From an uncultured Methanosarcinaceae archaeon (lineage in GTDB: Archaea; Halobacteriota; Methanosarcinia; Methanosarcinales; Methanosarcinaceae), in the NCBI GenBank assembly GCA_963727895.1, contig CAVSHT010000013.1, positions 96,001 to 160,000 on the forward strand: a stretch of 64,000 nucleotides of DNA, given 5' to 3'. A program made the position numbers and the translations under genes. Positions 1 to 9,794 of this stretch are shown here, piece by piece. The notes beneath the pieces were generated by a model. That model did no database searches. It was not told the DNA's origin and saw only the letters and a program-made list of their open reading frames with translations. The first letter of the stretch is position 1. The number at the start of each line of letters is the position of its first letter.

Positions 1-236
1 AGTGATGACCGATCACTGGAGAGCATATGCAGAGTTTCTTCCAGAAAAGATCCATACTCAATCAAAAGCAGAAACGTATACTGTTGAAGGATATAACAGC
101 ACATTGAGGCACTTTCTGGCAAGATTGAGAAGAAAGACAAAGTGTTATACGAAGAGTCTTGAAATGCTAAAGTACTCGGTTATTCTATTGATGAAATAAA
201 GAAATAAAGAGTTAAATATGTTTAGTTAACAATACC
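1..236 (+). mobile_element. IS1-family element, 3' part (insB-like region plus right IR), cut by window edge; premature TAA
   Basis: ORF 2-199 (TDHWRAY...RHFLARLRRKTKCY) is near-identical to four other copies. It ends in TTAACAATACC at 236. TAC>TAA removes the YRNKELDIVK tail seen in the 3696 copy. Confidence 0.9.
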
Positions 237-535
237 CATAATTTAATAATCTGACATTTCTAGACGTTCAATCATTCAAGTTTATATCTCAATTTTCAGA
301 ATATACATTTTTGTCTTCTCGTAGATTAGTTTGAAACATAGATTAGCCAAAATATATTCAAAGAAAAGTCTCAATCAACAAAAAATCATAACTGACCTAT
401 ATAGTAAATATATTTAAGTTAGTAAACTAATTTTTTCTTTTTTATATTGTGACTAAATCGAATAACTATATATAGAGCTCTCTGAATTCTAATTCCAATA
501 GTTGAAAAGAAAATGAGTGAGATAGAGGAATAAAT

Positions 536-1279
536 ATTAAAAAAATAGTACATATTTCAGATATTCATTTCTCAGAAGCATATTATATGCCTGAGATTGC
601 AGATTCAATGATTGCAAATATAAATAAAAATTCTCCAGATATTGTAGTAGTTACTGGCGATCTGACAGAAAATGGACTTGCAGCTGAATATAATGGGGCA
701 AAAAATTTCATTGATAGGATTGACTGCAAAAATAAGATAATAGTTCCTGGTAACCACGATTCAAGAAACGCCGGTTACCTCTTTTTTGAAGACCTTTTTA
801 AAACCAGATCGACATTTGGACAATTTGGTGAAGTTACTGTTGTGGGGCTTGATTCTTCCCAACCGGAACTTGACGAAGGACACATAGGAAGAGAAAATTA
901 CAGCTGGATAGAGAATACTTTTTCAGTAAATTGTTTCAAAGTTTTTGCCCTGCATCACCACCTTATTCCAATACCCAGAACTGGAAGAGGAAATAACGTA
1001 CTTGTAGATGCAGGAGATGTTCTGGAACTTCTTGACCACTCAGGTGTGAACCTTGTGCTATGTGGACACTGGCACATTCCCTGGGTCTGGAGATTAAATG
1101 ACATGCTTGTAATCAGTGCTGGAACTGTCTGCTCTTCCAAAATTCGTGGAAAAATGTCTCAGTGTTATAACTTAATCGAGATTGATGCGCCAGAATCCGA
1201 TTGCAAATGCTGGCATATACAGGTTTATAGAGTGTTTTCTCAAGGAGAAAAAGAGAAAGTTGTAGACAGCATAATTTGA
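536..1279 (+). CDS. Calcineurin-like metallophosphoesterase (Icc/CpdA-like)
   Basis: Motifs DxH (SDIH, upstream of the track ATG at 587), TGDL, GNHD, HH and GHxH. The frame is open back to TGA at 518; ATT at 536 follows GAGG. Confidence 0.85.
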   Translation: MKKIVHISDIHFSEAYYMPEIADSMIANINKNSPDIVVVTGDLTENGLAAEYNGAKNFIDRIDCKNKIIVPGNHDSRNAGYLFFEDLFKTRSTFGQFGEVTVVGLDSSQPELDEGHIGRENYSWIENTFSVNCFKVFALHHHLIPIPRTGRGNNVLVDAGDVLELLDHSGVNLVLCGHWHIPWVWRLNDMLVISAGTVCSSKIRGKMSQCYNLIEIDAPESDCKCWHIQVYRVFSQGEKEKVVDSII

Positions 1280-1356
1280 GCAAAATAACGATGGAAAAAA
1301 TATGAGAGTTTGTATTGAGACATTATAATAAGGATACAAAGAGCCCTTATATACTC

Positions 1357-2328
1357 TCAAATTTTTCCTATGGCTTCCAGACAGTTCTTTGCTTCTCTCA
1401 AAGGATAATCTCTGTAGTTTTTATTAGATTTAAACATTGCAATTCTCAGCATGCCATAAGCCATATAAAAAGGAAGAATTTTAGTTATTTTGTAGAATTC
1501 GTTTTCATCTTTACTGTAGTGTTTCAGAAAATGATGAATATAAGGTTCTGCTCTCTGACTCGATCCTTTCCTTGCAAAATAATATTTAAGTTCAGCACAA
1601 AATATCCCCAGATCACATACAAAATTTCCATGTTGAGATGAAAGTTCGAAATCCAGTAAAAATGGTTTTCCCTTGTGAAATACAAAGTTTATAGGAGTAG
1701 AATCGTTATGAATCATACAGCCGTTTTTTATATTCAGAAGGGAACTATGCCACCATTTTCCAAGCAGGCGTTTATATTCTTTTTTCATACATCGGCTGAT
1801 TTTGAGGTGATTCAAAACATAATGAATTTTTGAAAATTCGTTTTCTTTATCATAATATGTCTTAGTATTTTCGTGAAGCTTTCTAAGCATATCTGCTATA
1901 AGTTCTAACTTTTTCATAAGATCTTTCCTGTGTTTGAAATTCCAGAATAAAGGTTTTCCAGGCACATATTTACTAACCAGAACACAATTAAACTTTTTAT
2001 TTATTGCAATAGGTTCCGGGACATCAATTAGTTTTCTGGCTTTTTTAAAATCTTCAAATTCTTTCTTCATCAAACTATAACTATCATATTTTTTGATTAT
2101 TCCTGTAGGTATTGCAAAAAATTTGGCTATAACTGTTAGTTTTTCCTCTTTAAACTCATATTTACAGATCTGATGAGATGCATGACTGAGTTTAAAAATT
2201 CGAACTTCACAACTCTTATTATGTATTCTATCCCCAAGCACCTCTACAAGCCAGTCCCTAAAAGTATCACCTTGCTTCATTGTGCTAACATATTCAAAAG
2301 ATGCTACAAAACCCCCTCCTCCATACAT
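1357..2328 (-). CDS. Aminoglycoside phosphotransferase / choline kinase-like protein
   Basis: HxDxxxxN (HNDSTPIN) and DFE motifs; VIAK lysine. Start position uncertain. Confidence 0.8.
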   Translation of the reverse strand: MYGGGGFVASFEYVSTMKQGDTFRDWLVEVLGDRIHNKSCEVRIFKLSHASHQICKYEFKEEKLTVIAKFFAIPTGIIKKYDSYSLMKKEFEDFKKARKLIDVPEPIAINKKFNCVLVSKYVPGKPLFWNFKHRKDLMKKLELIADMLRKLHENTKTYYDKENEFSKIHYVLNHLKISRCMKKEYKRLLGKWWHSSLLNIKNGCMIHNDSTPINFVFHKGKPFLLDFELSSQHGNFVCDLGIFCAELKYYFARKGSSQRAEPYIHHFLKHYSKDENEFYKITKILPFYMAYGMLRIAMFKSNKNYRDYPLREAKNCLEAIGKI

Positions 2329-2524
2329 TAATTGCTGTGGATCTTGATTAATGTAGCTATCAAGTAACAGTTTATACCTTAAAATAAATAAAAAAGTAAG
2401 ATTATTATAAAGGACAAGCAGAAAAGAATGTTGGGAAAAATTGTAAATATCGATATAGAATATCCAATTGATTGTAAATATCTACTGTAAATTAAATTAA
2501 GTCATAAAACATTTAATAGGTTTT

Positions 2525-3667
2525 TTAATCAAGTTTTTCAAATAAGGCAGGATACCTTTCTTTTAACTTTATGAATAGTTTTTCATCTAATTTTGCATTA
2601 TAAAGCGTTTTTACATTAGAAAACTGGTCAATTAATAAATGTTGAGCCCCTTCAAGATTTGCGTCCTTAAATTTAACCCCTTGAAGATTAGCATTTCTAA
2701 AGTTAACCCTTTGAAGGTCAGCTCCATTAAAATTAGCCCCATTAAGGTTAGCTCTTTGAAAGTTAACACCTTCAAGTTTAGCTTTTATAAGATTAGCTTC
2801 TTGAAGGTTAGCTCCCTGTAGATTAGCTTTTTGAAGCTTGGCTCTTATAAGTTTGGCTTTCACAAGTTTAGCTTTTATAAGTTTAGCTCCTTTGAGTTTT
2901 GCCTCTTCAAAGTTAGCTTCCTCACATTTAGCCTCCCTTAGATTTGCTTCTTTAAGGTTAGCTTTTTCAAGGTTAGCTTTTCTAAGATCAGCTTCCTTAA
3001 GGTTAGCCTTTCTAAGATCTGCTTCCTTAAGGTTAGCTCCCTGAAGATTAGCTCCTTGAAGTACTGCTCTTTGAAAGTTAGCTTCTTCAAGTTCAGATCC
3101 TTGAAGGTTAGCTCCCTGGAGGTTAGCTTTTTCAAGACCAGTTTTTTCAAGGTTAGCCCCTTTAAGGTTAGCCCCTTGCAGATTAACTTTTTCAAGATCT
3201 GCTCCTTGAAGATTTGCCTCTTGAAGATTCGCCTCTTGAAGATTTGCCTCTTGAAGATCAACTCCACAAAATGTAGCTCCTTGAAGTTTAGCTCTTTCAA
3301 GGTTTGCTTCTATAAATTCAGTCCTTTGCAGATTCGTTTCTTGCATATCAGCATCTTGTAGATTAGCTCCTTGCAGATTAGCTCCTTGCAGATTAGCTTT
3401 TTTAAGATTGACCCCTTGAAGGTCAGCTCCCTTAAGATTAGCTTCTTGAAGTTTAGCCCCCTTAAGATTAGCGTCTTTAAAATTAGCTCCTTGAAGGTCA
3501 GTTACCTGAAAATTCGCTTTCTCAAGGTTAGCTCCTTTAAAGTTAGTACCTTTGAGATTTGAACCCATAAAATTTGCTTTTTCAAGATTAGCTTCTATAA
3601 AGTTGGTTCCTTCGAGATTTGACCCTCGAAGATCTTTTTTATCATTTTCGTCCATAAAATCACTCAT
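2525..3667 (-). CDS. Pentapeptide repeat protein (roughly 65 repeats)
   Basis: Continuous A(N/D/K)(L/F)xx repeats (ANLQG, ANLEK) with a short non-repeat C-terminal cap. Alternative start at 3655 after GAGTGA. Confidence 0.95.
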   Translation of the reverse strand: MSDFMDENDKKDLRGSNLEGTNFIEANLEKANFMGSNLKGTNFKGANLEKANFQVTDLQGANFKDANLKGAKLQEANLKGADLQGVNLKKANLQGANLQGANLQDADMQETNLQRTEFIEANLERAKLQGATFCGVDLQEANLQEANLQEANLQGADLEKVNLQGANLKGANLEKTGLEKANLQGANLQGSELEEANFQRAVLQGANLQGANLKEADLRKANLKEADLRKANLEKANLKEANLREAKCEEANFEEAKLKGAKLIKAKLVKAKLIRAKLQKANLQGANLQEANLIKAKLEGVNFQRANLNGANFNGADLQRVNFRNANLQGVKFKDANLEGAQHLLIDQFSNVKTLYNAKLDEKLFIKLKERYPALFEKLD

Positions 3668-3688
3668 TCAAACTTATATAAAATTTTA

Positions 3689-4428
3689 GGTATTGTTACT
3701 TAACTATATCTAGTTCTTTATTTCTGTATTTCATCAATAGAATAACCGAGTACTTTAGCATTTCAAGACTTTTTGTATAACACTTTGTCTTTCTTCTTAA
3801 TCTTGCTAGAAAATGTCTCAATATGCTGTTATATCCCTCAACTGTAAATGTTTCTGCTTTTGATTGAGTATGGATCTTTTCTGGAAGAAACTCTGCATAT
3901 GCCCTCCAGTGATCTGTCATCACTTCTCCAATCTCTTTTTTCTTCAATTTTTCCCAGAGTAGTTTTCCAGTTTCCGTTCCTCTGCTACCAAAAGAGCAGT
4001 TGATAAACTTTTTCCCAACTCTATCAACAGCAATCCAGATCCAGCAATATTTTTGTTGTTACCGATGTAAGTGTGCATCTCATCCATTTCAACAATAGAT
4101 ATCTCATTTTCGCTTTTTAGGTCCTCTAACTCCTGACCAAATTTCTTGATCCATCTTTGGACAGAAACATGACTCACCCCTAAAACTCTTCCTATTGAAC
4201 GAAAGCCCAATCCTTCAAGATAAAGTTGTAAAGCCTGTTTTTTAACAGAGACGGAAAAAGCAGTTGATTTTAGCTCTACTGTATAGTTATAACCACAATC
4301 AGAGCATTTGTACCGTTGACGCCCGCCAACTATACCATTATTTTTGTGACTGGAACTATTGCATCTGGGGCAGTTCATGAAGAAATATACTTTCTAATAG
4401 TATATAACTATGTTTAAGTATCAATGCC
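3689..4428 (-). mobile_element. IS1-family insertion sequence, most complete copy (insA 3944-4378, insB in -1 frame ending 3696)
   Basis: Terminal IRs GGTATTGTTACTTAA / GGCATTGATACTTAA. InsA zinc ribbon (CPRC..CSDC) plus HTH. The -1 frame reads YCWIWIAVDR...TDHW...EGYN. Confidence 0.92.
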
Positions 4429-4768
4429 AAATAGAGTTTTGTAATGAACTTGATTTGGATTAATTAACTCAATAAAAGGTATATAAATTAGCACTAACTA
4501 ACATTAGTAATCTCAGATAATACCTTATTCTTGCCTCGTATTTAATTTATAAAAAATTAGAATTATTTGTATTTGAACAAATACTTTCACACTGCTAAAT
4601 CTGGATGTCTATGTCTTCAAATAAAAGTTTTCATTAAAAGGCTTTGTAGAAATCCACTAAATTCTATTTTTACCCAAAAAATATATAAAAAACAAGGGTT
4701 TAAAATTACTCTTTATTTTTTGTTCCTACAAAAAAAGGAGCATTTTTTATTTAATCAACTAAGTGTAT

Positions 4769-4902
4769 AAGCTTATCCCAAAACTGAAAATTGGTTTTCT
4801 GAGTTTCAAATATTGAGAAATCACTCACTCAATTTCTTTTCATCAAATATGGGTCTGAAATTTTTATTGATTTAAGAAGAAACAAGGCTTTGGGATGAGC
4901 TT
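4769..4902. mobile_element. MITE-like non-coding element (~134 bp), family A
   Basis: 16-bp terminal IR AAGCTTATCCCAAAAC / GCTTTGGGATGAGCTT (14/16 match); internal similarity to 11859-11988. Confidence 0.7.
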
Positions 4903-4947
4903 CATATAAAAAAAGATAAAAAAGGAAACTTTTAGATATTCTCAGTT

Positions 4948-5547
4948 TCAGCTTTCCTCTACCTTTTGTCTTCCCATTTCAAAAGCCCTAAGATTCACTT
5001 CAACTGTTTTCTGTGGCACAAGAGCCTTAACACTCTCAAGCATAATTTCTTTTGAAATTGGAAGATGGCCTGAGACTGCCCCGACCATCACAACATTCAT
5101 CGCAAGCCTGTTTCCTGCCTCAAACGCCACCTCATCGGCATTAAAAGCTTTAACTATGTATTTTTGAGAAAGAAAATCAAGAATATCTGGGACTTCCGGG
5201 TATTTCGTAATGCCTGAGGTAACAGTTACAGGAATTATTGGCTGCGTGTTTACTATTACAATTCCGCCATCCTTCAGAAAATCGAGATATCTGACCGCTT
5301 CCATAGGCTCAAGAGCAAGCAGAATGTCTGCACCTTTTTTCGGGATCATGGAACCGTAATCATTTCCGACACGGATGTGGTTCACAACCGAACCTCCACG
5401 CTGAGCCATGCCGTGGGTTTCAGCAGCCCTGATAGGAAGACCTTCAGTAACTGCAGCCTTTCCAATAATGTCAGAGGCAAGGATTGCTCCCTGACCTCCT
5501 ACTCCTGTAATAAGGAGGTCAAGTTTCTTTGCATTATCTTGACTCAT
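4948..5547 (-). CDS. iorB: Indolepyruvate:ferredoxin oxidoreductase beta subunit
   Basis: GVGGQG and ETHGMAQRGGSV motifs; overlaps the iorA stop. Confidence 0.93.
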   Translation of the reverse strand: MSQDNAKKLDLLITGVGGQGAILASDIIGKAAVTEGLPIRAAETHGMAQRGGSVVNHIRVGNDYGSMIPKKGADILLALEPMEAVRYLDFLKDGGIVIVNTQPIIPVTVTSGITKYPEVPDILDFLSQKYIVKAFNADEVAFEAGNRLAMNVVMVGAVSGHLPISKEIMLESVKALVPQKTVEVNLRAFEMGRQKVEES

Positions 5548-7346
5548 TTCTTCACCTCCTTAATAGCATCACACTTACAGATCTGGGCACAGACACCACA
5601 CCCACTGCAAAGATTTGTTATTAAAGCATACTTCTTTTCCTCATTAAATTCTATTGCAGGGCAACCGAATTTAACGCACTGCTTACAGCCTTCGCATTTT
5701 TCAGGATCTATAAAATACGGAGTTAAACGTACACCTGCTCTTTTCCTTGAAATCACACAGGGCTGCCTGGTAATAACCACAGCTGTACCATTAAACTCCT
5801 TTGCCGCTTTAAAAGCTTCCTGAGTCTCTTCAAGCTTGTAAGGATCAACAATCGAGACAAATTCAGCACCCATTGCTTTGCAAAGTTCGGAAAGTGAAAC
5901 CTGTACTGTTTGTTCTCCTGTTGCAGTATAACCAACACCAGGATTTGGCTGGTGACCAGTCATGGCTGTAATGCGGTTGTCTAGAATAGTAACCGTAATA
6001 TTCGCTTTATTGACAATGGCATTCAGAAGCGAATTCATGCCTGAGTGGAAAAAGGTTGAGTCTCCTATAGAACAGCATATTGGACGCTTTTCCCCGGAAT
6101 GGTAAAGCCCTGAAGCAATGCTTATGCTTGAACCCATGCAGAGTGTTGTCTCAACAGTTCCGCTCTGAATTCCTAGAGTATAGCAGCCAATGTCGCTTGG
6201 GTAAATTGCATCATTTCCAAAGACCTTTTTCATTGAGTAAAACGTTGCCCTGTGAGAGCAGCCTGCGCAAAGGGAAGGAGGGCGGGGAGCAAGCTCAAGG
6301 GTAGCCTCTGATGATGTGGGTTTTGTATCCATCTCAAAAGTTTTCTTAAGCGCTTCAAGGAAAGAACTTACATTGAGTTCTCCTTCTCTTGGCACAAAAC
6401 CGTTGGTTTTCCCGAGAATAGATACTTCAATGCCGACTTCCTGTGCAATTATTTTTACCTGTTCTTCCACAATAGGTTCAAGTTCCTCGAACACAAGCAC
6501 GGTATCGACGTTTTTAAGTAGCTCAAGAATAAGCTTTCTTGGTACTGGATAAGCTCCAATTTTAAGGAAAGAAACCTCTAGTCCTAGCTCTACAAGTGCT
6601 TCTTTTGCATATACTGAAGCAATACCTGCACCTATTACTCCAAATTTAGCATCGGTTTTCAACTCAAGAGAGTTCCAGGGAGATTCGGCAAGGGCATCCT
6701 CAATAGGCTGCTGAATCGAAAGGACGTGAGTATGACGTGGACGGGCATTTTTTGGAAGCATAACCCAGCGATCAAGAAGCTTTTCAAAATGTGGAACAGA
6801 TTTCTCTACAGGGATTTCTCCAAGTTCAATATCAGATTTCCCGTGTGAAATTCTGGTTGTAGGCCTGAAGATTACAGGAACCTCGAATTTTTCGGAAAAT
6901 TCGAAAGCATAGGGAAGCATGTCCTTTGCTTCCTGAGGAGTTGAAGGATCAAAACAGGGTACAAGCGCAAACTGGGCATAACGCCGAGTATCCTGTTCAT
7001 TCTGGGAAGAGTGGCACGAAGGGTCATCGGCAACGATTGCTATCAGCCCGCCTTTTGTACCTGCGTATGCAAGAGTCATAAAGGGATCAGCTGCAACGTT
7101 TAGCCCGACATGTTTCATTGTCACTACAGAACGAACTCCTGCCCAGGCAGCTCCAACTGCAACTTCCATTGCAACCTTTTCATTAACAGACCATTCTACA
7201 TGGTAATCGCGGTTTTCTCGAGCTGCAAGCGTATCTATAATCTCAGAAGATGGAGTTCCGGGATAGCCTGAAAGAACCTGAACACCGCCTTCGAGAAGAC
7301 CACGCGCAATTGCAACGTTTCCAAGCATGTAATCATGAATTGTCAT
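5544..7346 (-). CDS. iorA: Indolepyruvate:ferredoxin oxidoreductase alpha subunit
   Basis: GYPGTPSSE, NEKVA, KHVGLNVAADP, TPP-binding GDSTF..N and C-terminal 2x[4Fe-4S]. Start placed at ATG 7346 after GGAG (track start 7361). Confidence 0.95.
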   Translation of the reverse strand: MTIHDYMLGNVAIARGLLEGGVQVLSGYPGTPSSEIIDTLAARENRDYHVEWSVNEKVAMEVAVGAAWAGVRSVVTMKHVGLNVAADPFMTLAYAGTKGGLIAIVADDPSCHSSQNEQDTRRYAQFALVPCFDPSTPQEAKDMLPYAFEFSEKFEVPVIFRPTTRISHGKSDIELGEIPVEKSVPHFEKLLDRWVMLPKNARPRHTHVLSIQQPIEDALAESPWNSLELKTDAKFGVIGAGIASVYAKEALVELGLEVSFLKIGAYPVPRKLILELLKNVDTVLVFEELEPIVEEQVKIIAQEVGIEVSILGKTNGFVPREGELNVSSFLEALKKTFEMDTKPTSSEATLELAPRPPSLCAGCSHRATFYSMKKVFGNDAIYPSDIGCYTLGIQSGTVETTLCMGSSISIASGLYHSGEKRPICCSIGDSTFFHSGMNSLLNAIVNKANITVTILDNRITAMTGHQPNPGVGYTATGEQTVQVSLSELCKAMGAEFVSIVDPYKLEETQEAFKAAKEFNGTAVVITRQPCVISRKRAGVRLTPYFIDPEKCEGCKQCVKFGCPAIEFNEEKKYALITNLCSGCGVCAQICKCDAIKEVKK

Positions 7347-7725
7347 AATTAGCATCTCCATTATTAAAAGGAAAAAATACTGTTATGGTAACAGATTAAG
7401 TATATTATTATTGATTGAAGCCAGTAAACTTGAGTTTTGTCAAGTAACATCATAAATTGACGTTCAAGATAGGGAATTCAACAAGCAAAAGCTGTTGTCA
7501 GAGATCACTCAAAACTTTTACATTATTCAAATAACATGATCAATAATATACTTTCGGATAGTTTAGGGTGATTCTACTGCATGATAGGAAAACAGGCAGA
7601 GAAATAAATGAAAAACAAAAAATTTTGACTTAAATAAGGAATGAATGAAAGAAGTATAGTATAATCAAAGAAAATATAGTTTAATCAAAGAAAATTCTCA
7701 AAGAAAGCACTCAATGCCAAAATCA

Positions 7726-8532
7726 TTATAATAATTTAATTTTTTCAAGGAAGTTTGCAAGCTTTTTGATTTCACTCAGTTCAAAATTAAGTTCTTTGCC
7801 TTTAAGAGACGCTTTAAAAACTTCTCTTTCTTCTGGAATTTCAGCTACTATATTCTCAGAGTTCACTGAAGCCAGCATTTCATCTCTTATATCCGGTTCA
7901 ACTTTATTAAGCACAAAATAAACCTTGCATCCACACTGTGCACCGAACTCATGGAACTTATTTGATAGCCTGAGAGATTCGTAGGAAGGATCAACAACCA
8001 CCAGAATTAGGTCAAAGTCTTTATCAACTCCGCGCCCAAAGTGTTCAGTGCCAGCCTCTGTATCCACGATTACAATATCTTCTTTTCCCAGATCAAGATT
8101 CTCAAGAAACTCCCTTGTCAGAACTCCCATAGGACACGCACAGCCCTCTCCAAAGTCATGGATTTTTCCAACAGCCATCAGCTTGACTCCATTCTTTTCT
8201 TCAACAGATTCCGCTGGAATGTCGGAAAAATTCCCTCTCTTATTAAAAAAGCGGGATTGTTGTGCCGGCTTTGAAGTACTTCCATTGGCTGCAAGCCCCA
8301 AAAATTGCGTTTTTTTCGGGGAAGCCCTTTGTTTTTCCTTAAAGCCTTTTTTTCCTCCAAAATATCCCATAAGATCTTTTGGAGCAGCCATTCCTAACTG
8401 ACTGTGCAGCCCGTAATTGGACTCGTCAATATCAAGCACAAGCACATTTTTAGTTTTTGCCATTTCTTTTGCGAGGAGAGCCGAGATAGTACTTTTTCCG
8501 CTTCCTCCTTTCCCGCACACTGCTATTTTCAT
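7726..8532 (-). CDS. CooC/AcsF-like nickel-insertion ATPase (MinD/ParA family)
   Basis: GKGGSGKS Walker A, GCACP metal motif, DTEAGTEHFGRG. Confidence 0.88.
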   Translation of the reverse strand: MKIAVCGKGGSGKSTISALLAKEMAKTKNVLVLDIDESNYGLHSQLGMAAPKDLMGYFGGKKGFKEKQRASPKKTQFLGLAANGSTSKPAQQSRFFNKRGNFSDIPAESVEEKNGVKLMAVGKIHDFGEGCACPMGVLTREFLENLDLGKEDIVIVDTEAGTEHFGRGVDKDFDLILVVVDPSYESLRLSNKFHEFGAQCGCKVYFVLNKVEPDIRDEMLASVNSENIVAEIPEEREVFKASLKGKELNFELSEIKKLANFLEKIKLL

Positions 8533-8967
8533 GTCCAGTTCACCTACCTCAGTAATTTATTCTGCTGAATTAAAAACGCTTCCTTTTAACATCTTCTTTT
8601 CTGAAATCTTTTCTGAAAAATCGGATCAAAGAAAAGAGAAAAATAGTCTCCATAAAAAATATACTAATAGAAAGGACAACAAAATGATAGCCAGATAAAT
8701 ATGAGACTGGAAATCAAGAATGAATATAGGCACTGAAAAAAATTACCGTTTTTAAATGGAGATTAACAAATAGCCATGGAAAAGCAAAAGATATGAAAAC
8801 TTCTTTCCAGATGGCAGGTTGGAAATTTAAGGGGTGAGCGAATCCCCATAAAGAATTATAGGTTTTCAGTATATAATTGAATATGTTTTGATTTTTATGG
8901 CAATTCGTGTATTTGGGCTCTTCTTTCCTTTAATGAGTTTACAACCTGATTAAAAAGAACAATCTTT

Positions 8968-9025
8968 GTGCCTCAGAACTCATAGGGCTCATCATGAAAT
9001 CAGCAAAATTTTTCATCACAGGCAC
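8968..9025 (-). ncRNA. Box C/D guide sRNA, predicted to guide Cm34 of intron-containing tRNA-Met (sR-tMet-like)
   Basis: Minus strand reads GUGCC-U-GUGAUGA(C)-AAAAUUUUG-CUGA(D')-UUUC-AUGAUGA(C')-GCCCUAUGAGUU-CUGA(D)-GGCAC, with a 5-bp terminal stem. Confidence 0.88.
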
Positions 9026-9124
9026 TCAATTGATATTTACACAATGTACACAATCAATATAAGAAGTACCTAAGAAGTATCTCTATAATAAAAAGGTCTT
9101 AAAAACCTGTCTTAACAAGGCTAT

Positions 9125-9790
9125 TCAATTTTTTCCCTTGATTTCTGCCTCAATTTCAGCAGCAATTTTGCGGGCAGCTTCTCTGGGGGACTCTGCTTTG
9201 TAAATGCTTCTTCCCACGATTACCCAGTCTGCACCTGCAGCAATAACATCAGATGCTTTTCCTCCCTGCACACCGACTCCAGGCGAGATTATAGTAAGTT
9301 TGTCACCGATAATTTTCCGAATATTTTTTACTCTTTCCGGTCTGGTCGCAGGGGCTACCAGGCCGAAAGATCCTGCGTCGACTGCCATCCTTGTAATTAC
9401 TTCTCCGACAGGCTGAAGGAATTCAGATCCTCCAGGGTGGCTCATTTCACTTACTACGAAAACACTTTTCTTGTACTCGGAAGCAACCTCAATACAGGCA
9501 TCAAGACTGTCACGGCCTGTAAAGCCCTGGGCAATGATGGCATCAGCTCCTGCCTTAAAGACCTGCTCGCAAATGAGGCGGTTGGTATTGGGGATATCTG
9601 CAATCTTGAAATCAGCTATTATTGGAGCGAATTTAGCAAGTTCCCTGACAATTCCAAGTCCGGTAGCAAGGACAAGAGGATAGCCCACTTTAATGGCATC
9701 TACAAATTCCGAGACATCTTCTGCAATTCTAAGTGCTTCTTTTCTATCGGTAACATCCAGAGCAAGAATCATACAGTTTTTTCTTTCCAT
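9125..9790 (-). CDS. pyrF: Orotidine 5'-phosphate decarboxylase
   Basis: [33 protein letters not shown] 9790 follows GAGGTGA. Confidence 0.96.
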   Translation of the reverse strand: MERKNCMILALDVTDRKEALRIAEDVSEFVDAIKVGYPLVLATGLGIVRELAKFAPIIADFKIADIPNTNRLICEQVFKAGADAIIAQGFTGRDSLDACIEVASEYKKSVFVVSEMSHPGGSEFLQPVGEVITRMAVDAGSFGLVAPATRPERVKNIRKIIGDKLTIISPGVGVQGGKASDVIAAGADWVIVGRSIYKAESPREAARKIAAEIEAEIKGKN

Positions 9791-9794
9791 AAAA

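Noticed and set aside
2639..3562. Several alternative-frame ORFs inside the pentapeptide gene
   Set aside because: Produced by the 15-bp periodicity of the repeat.
3681..4436. IS1 target-site duplication
   Set aside because: Flanks AAATTTTA and AAATAGAG do not match; flanks of the 41916-42653 copy also differ.
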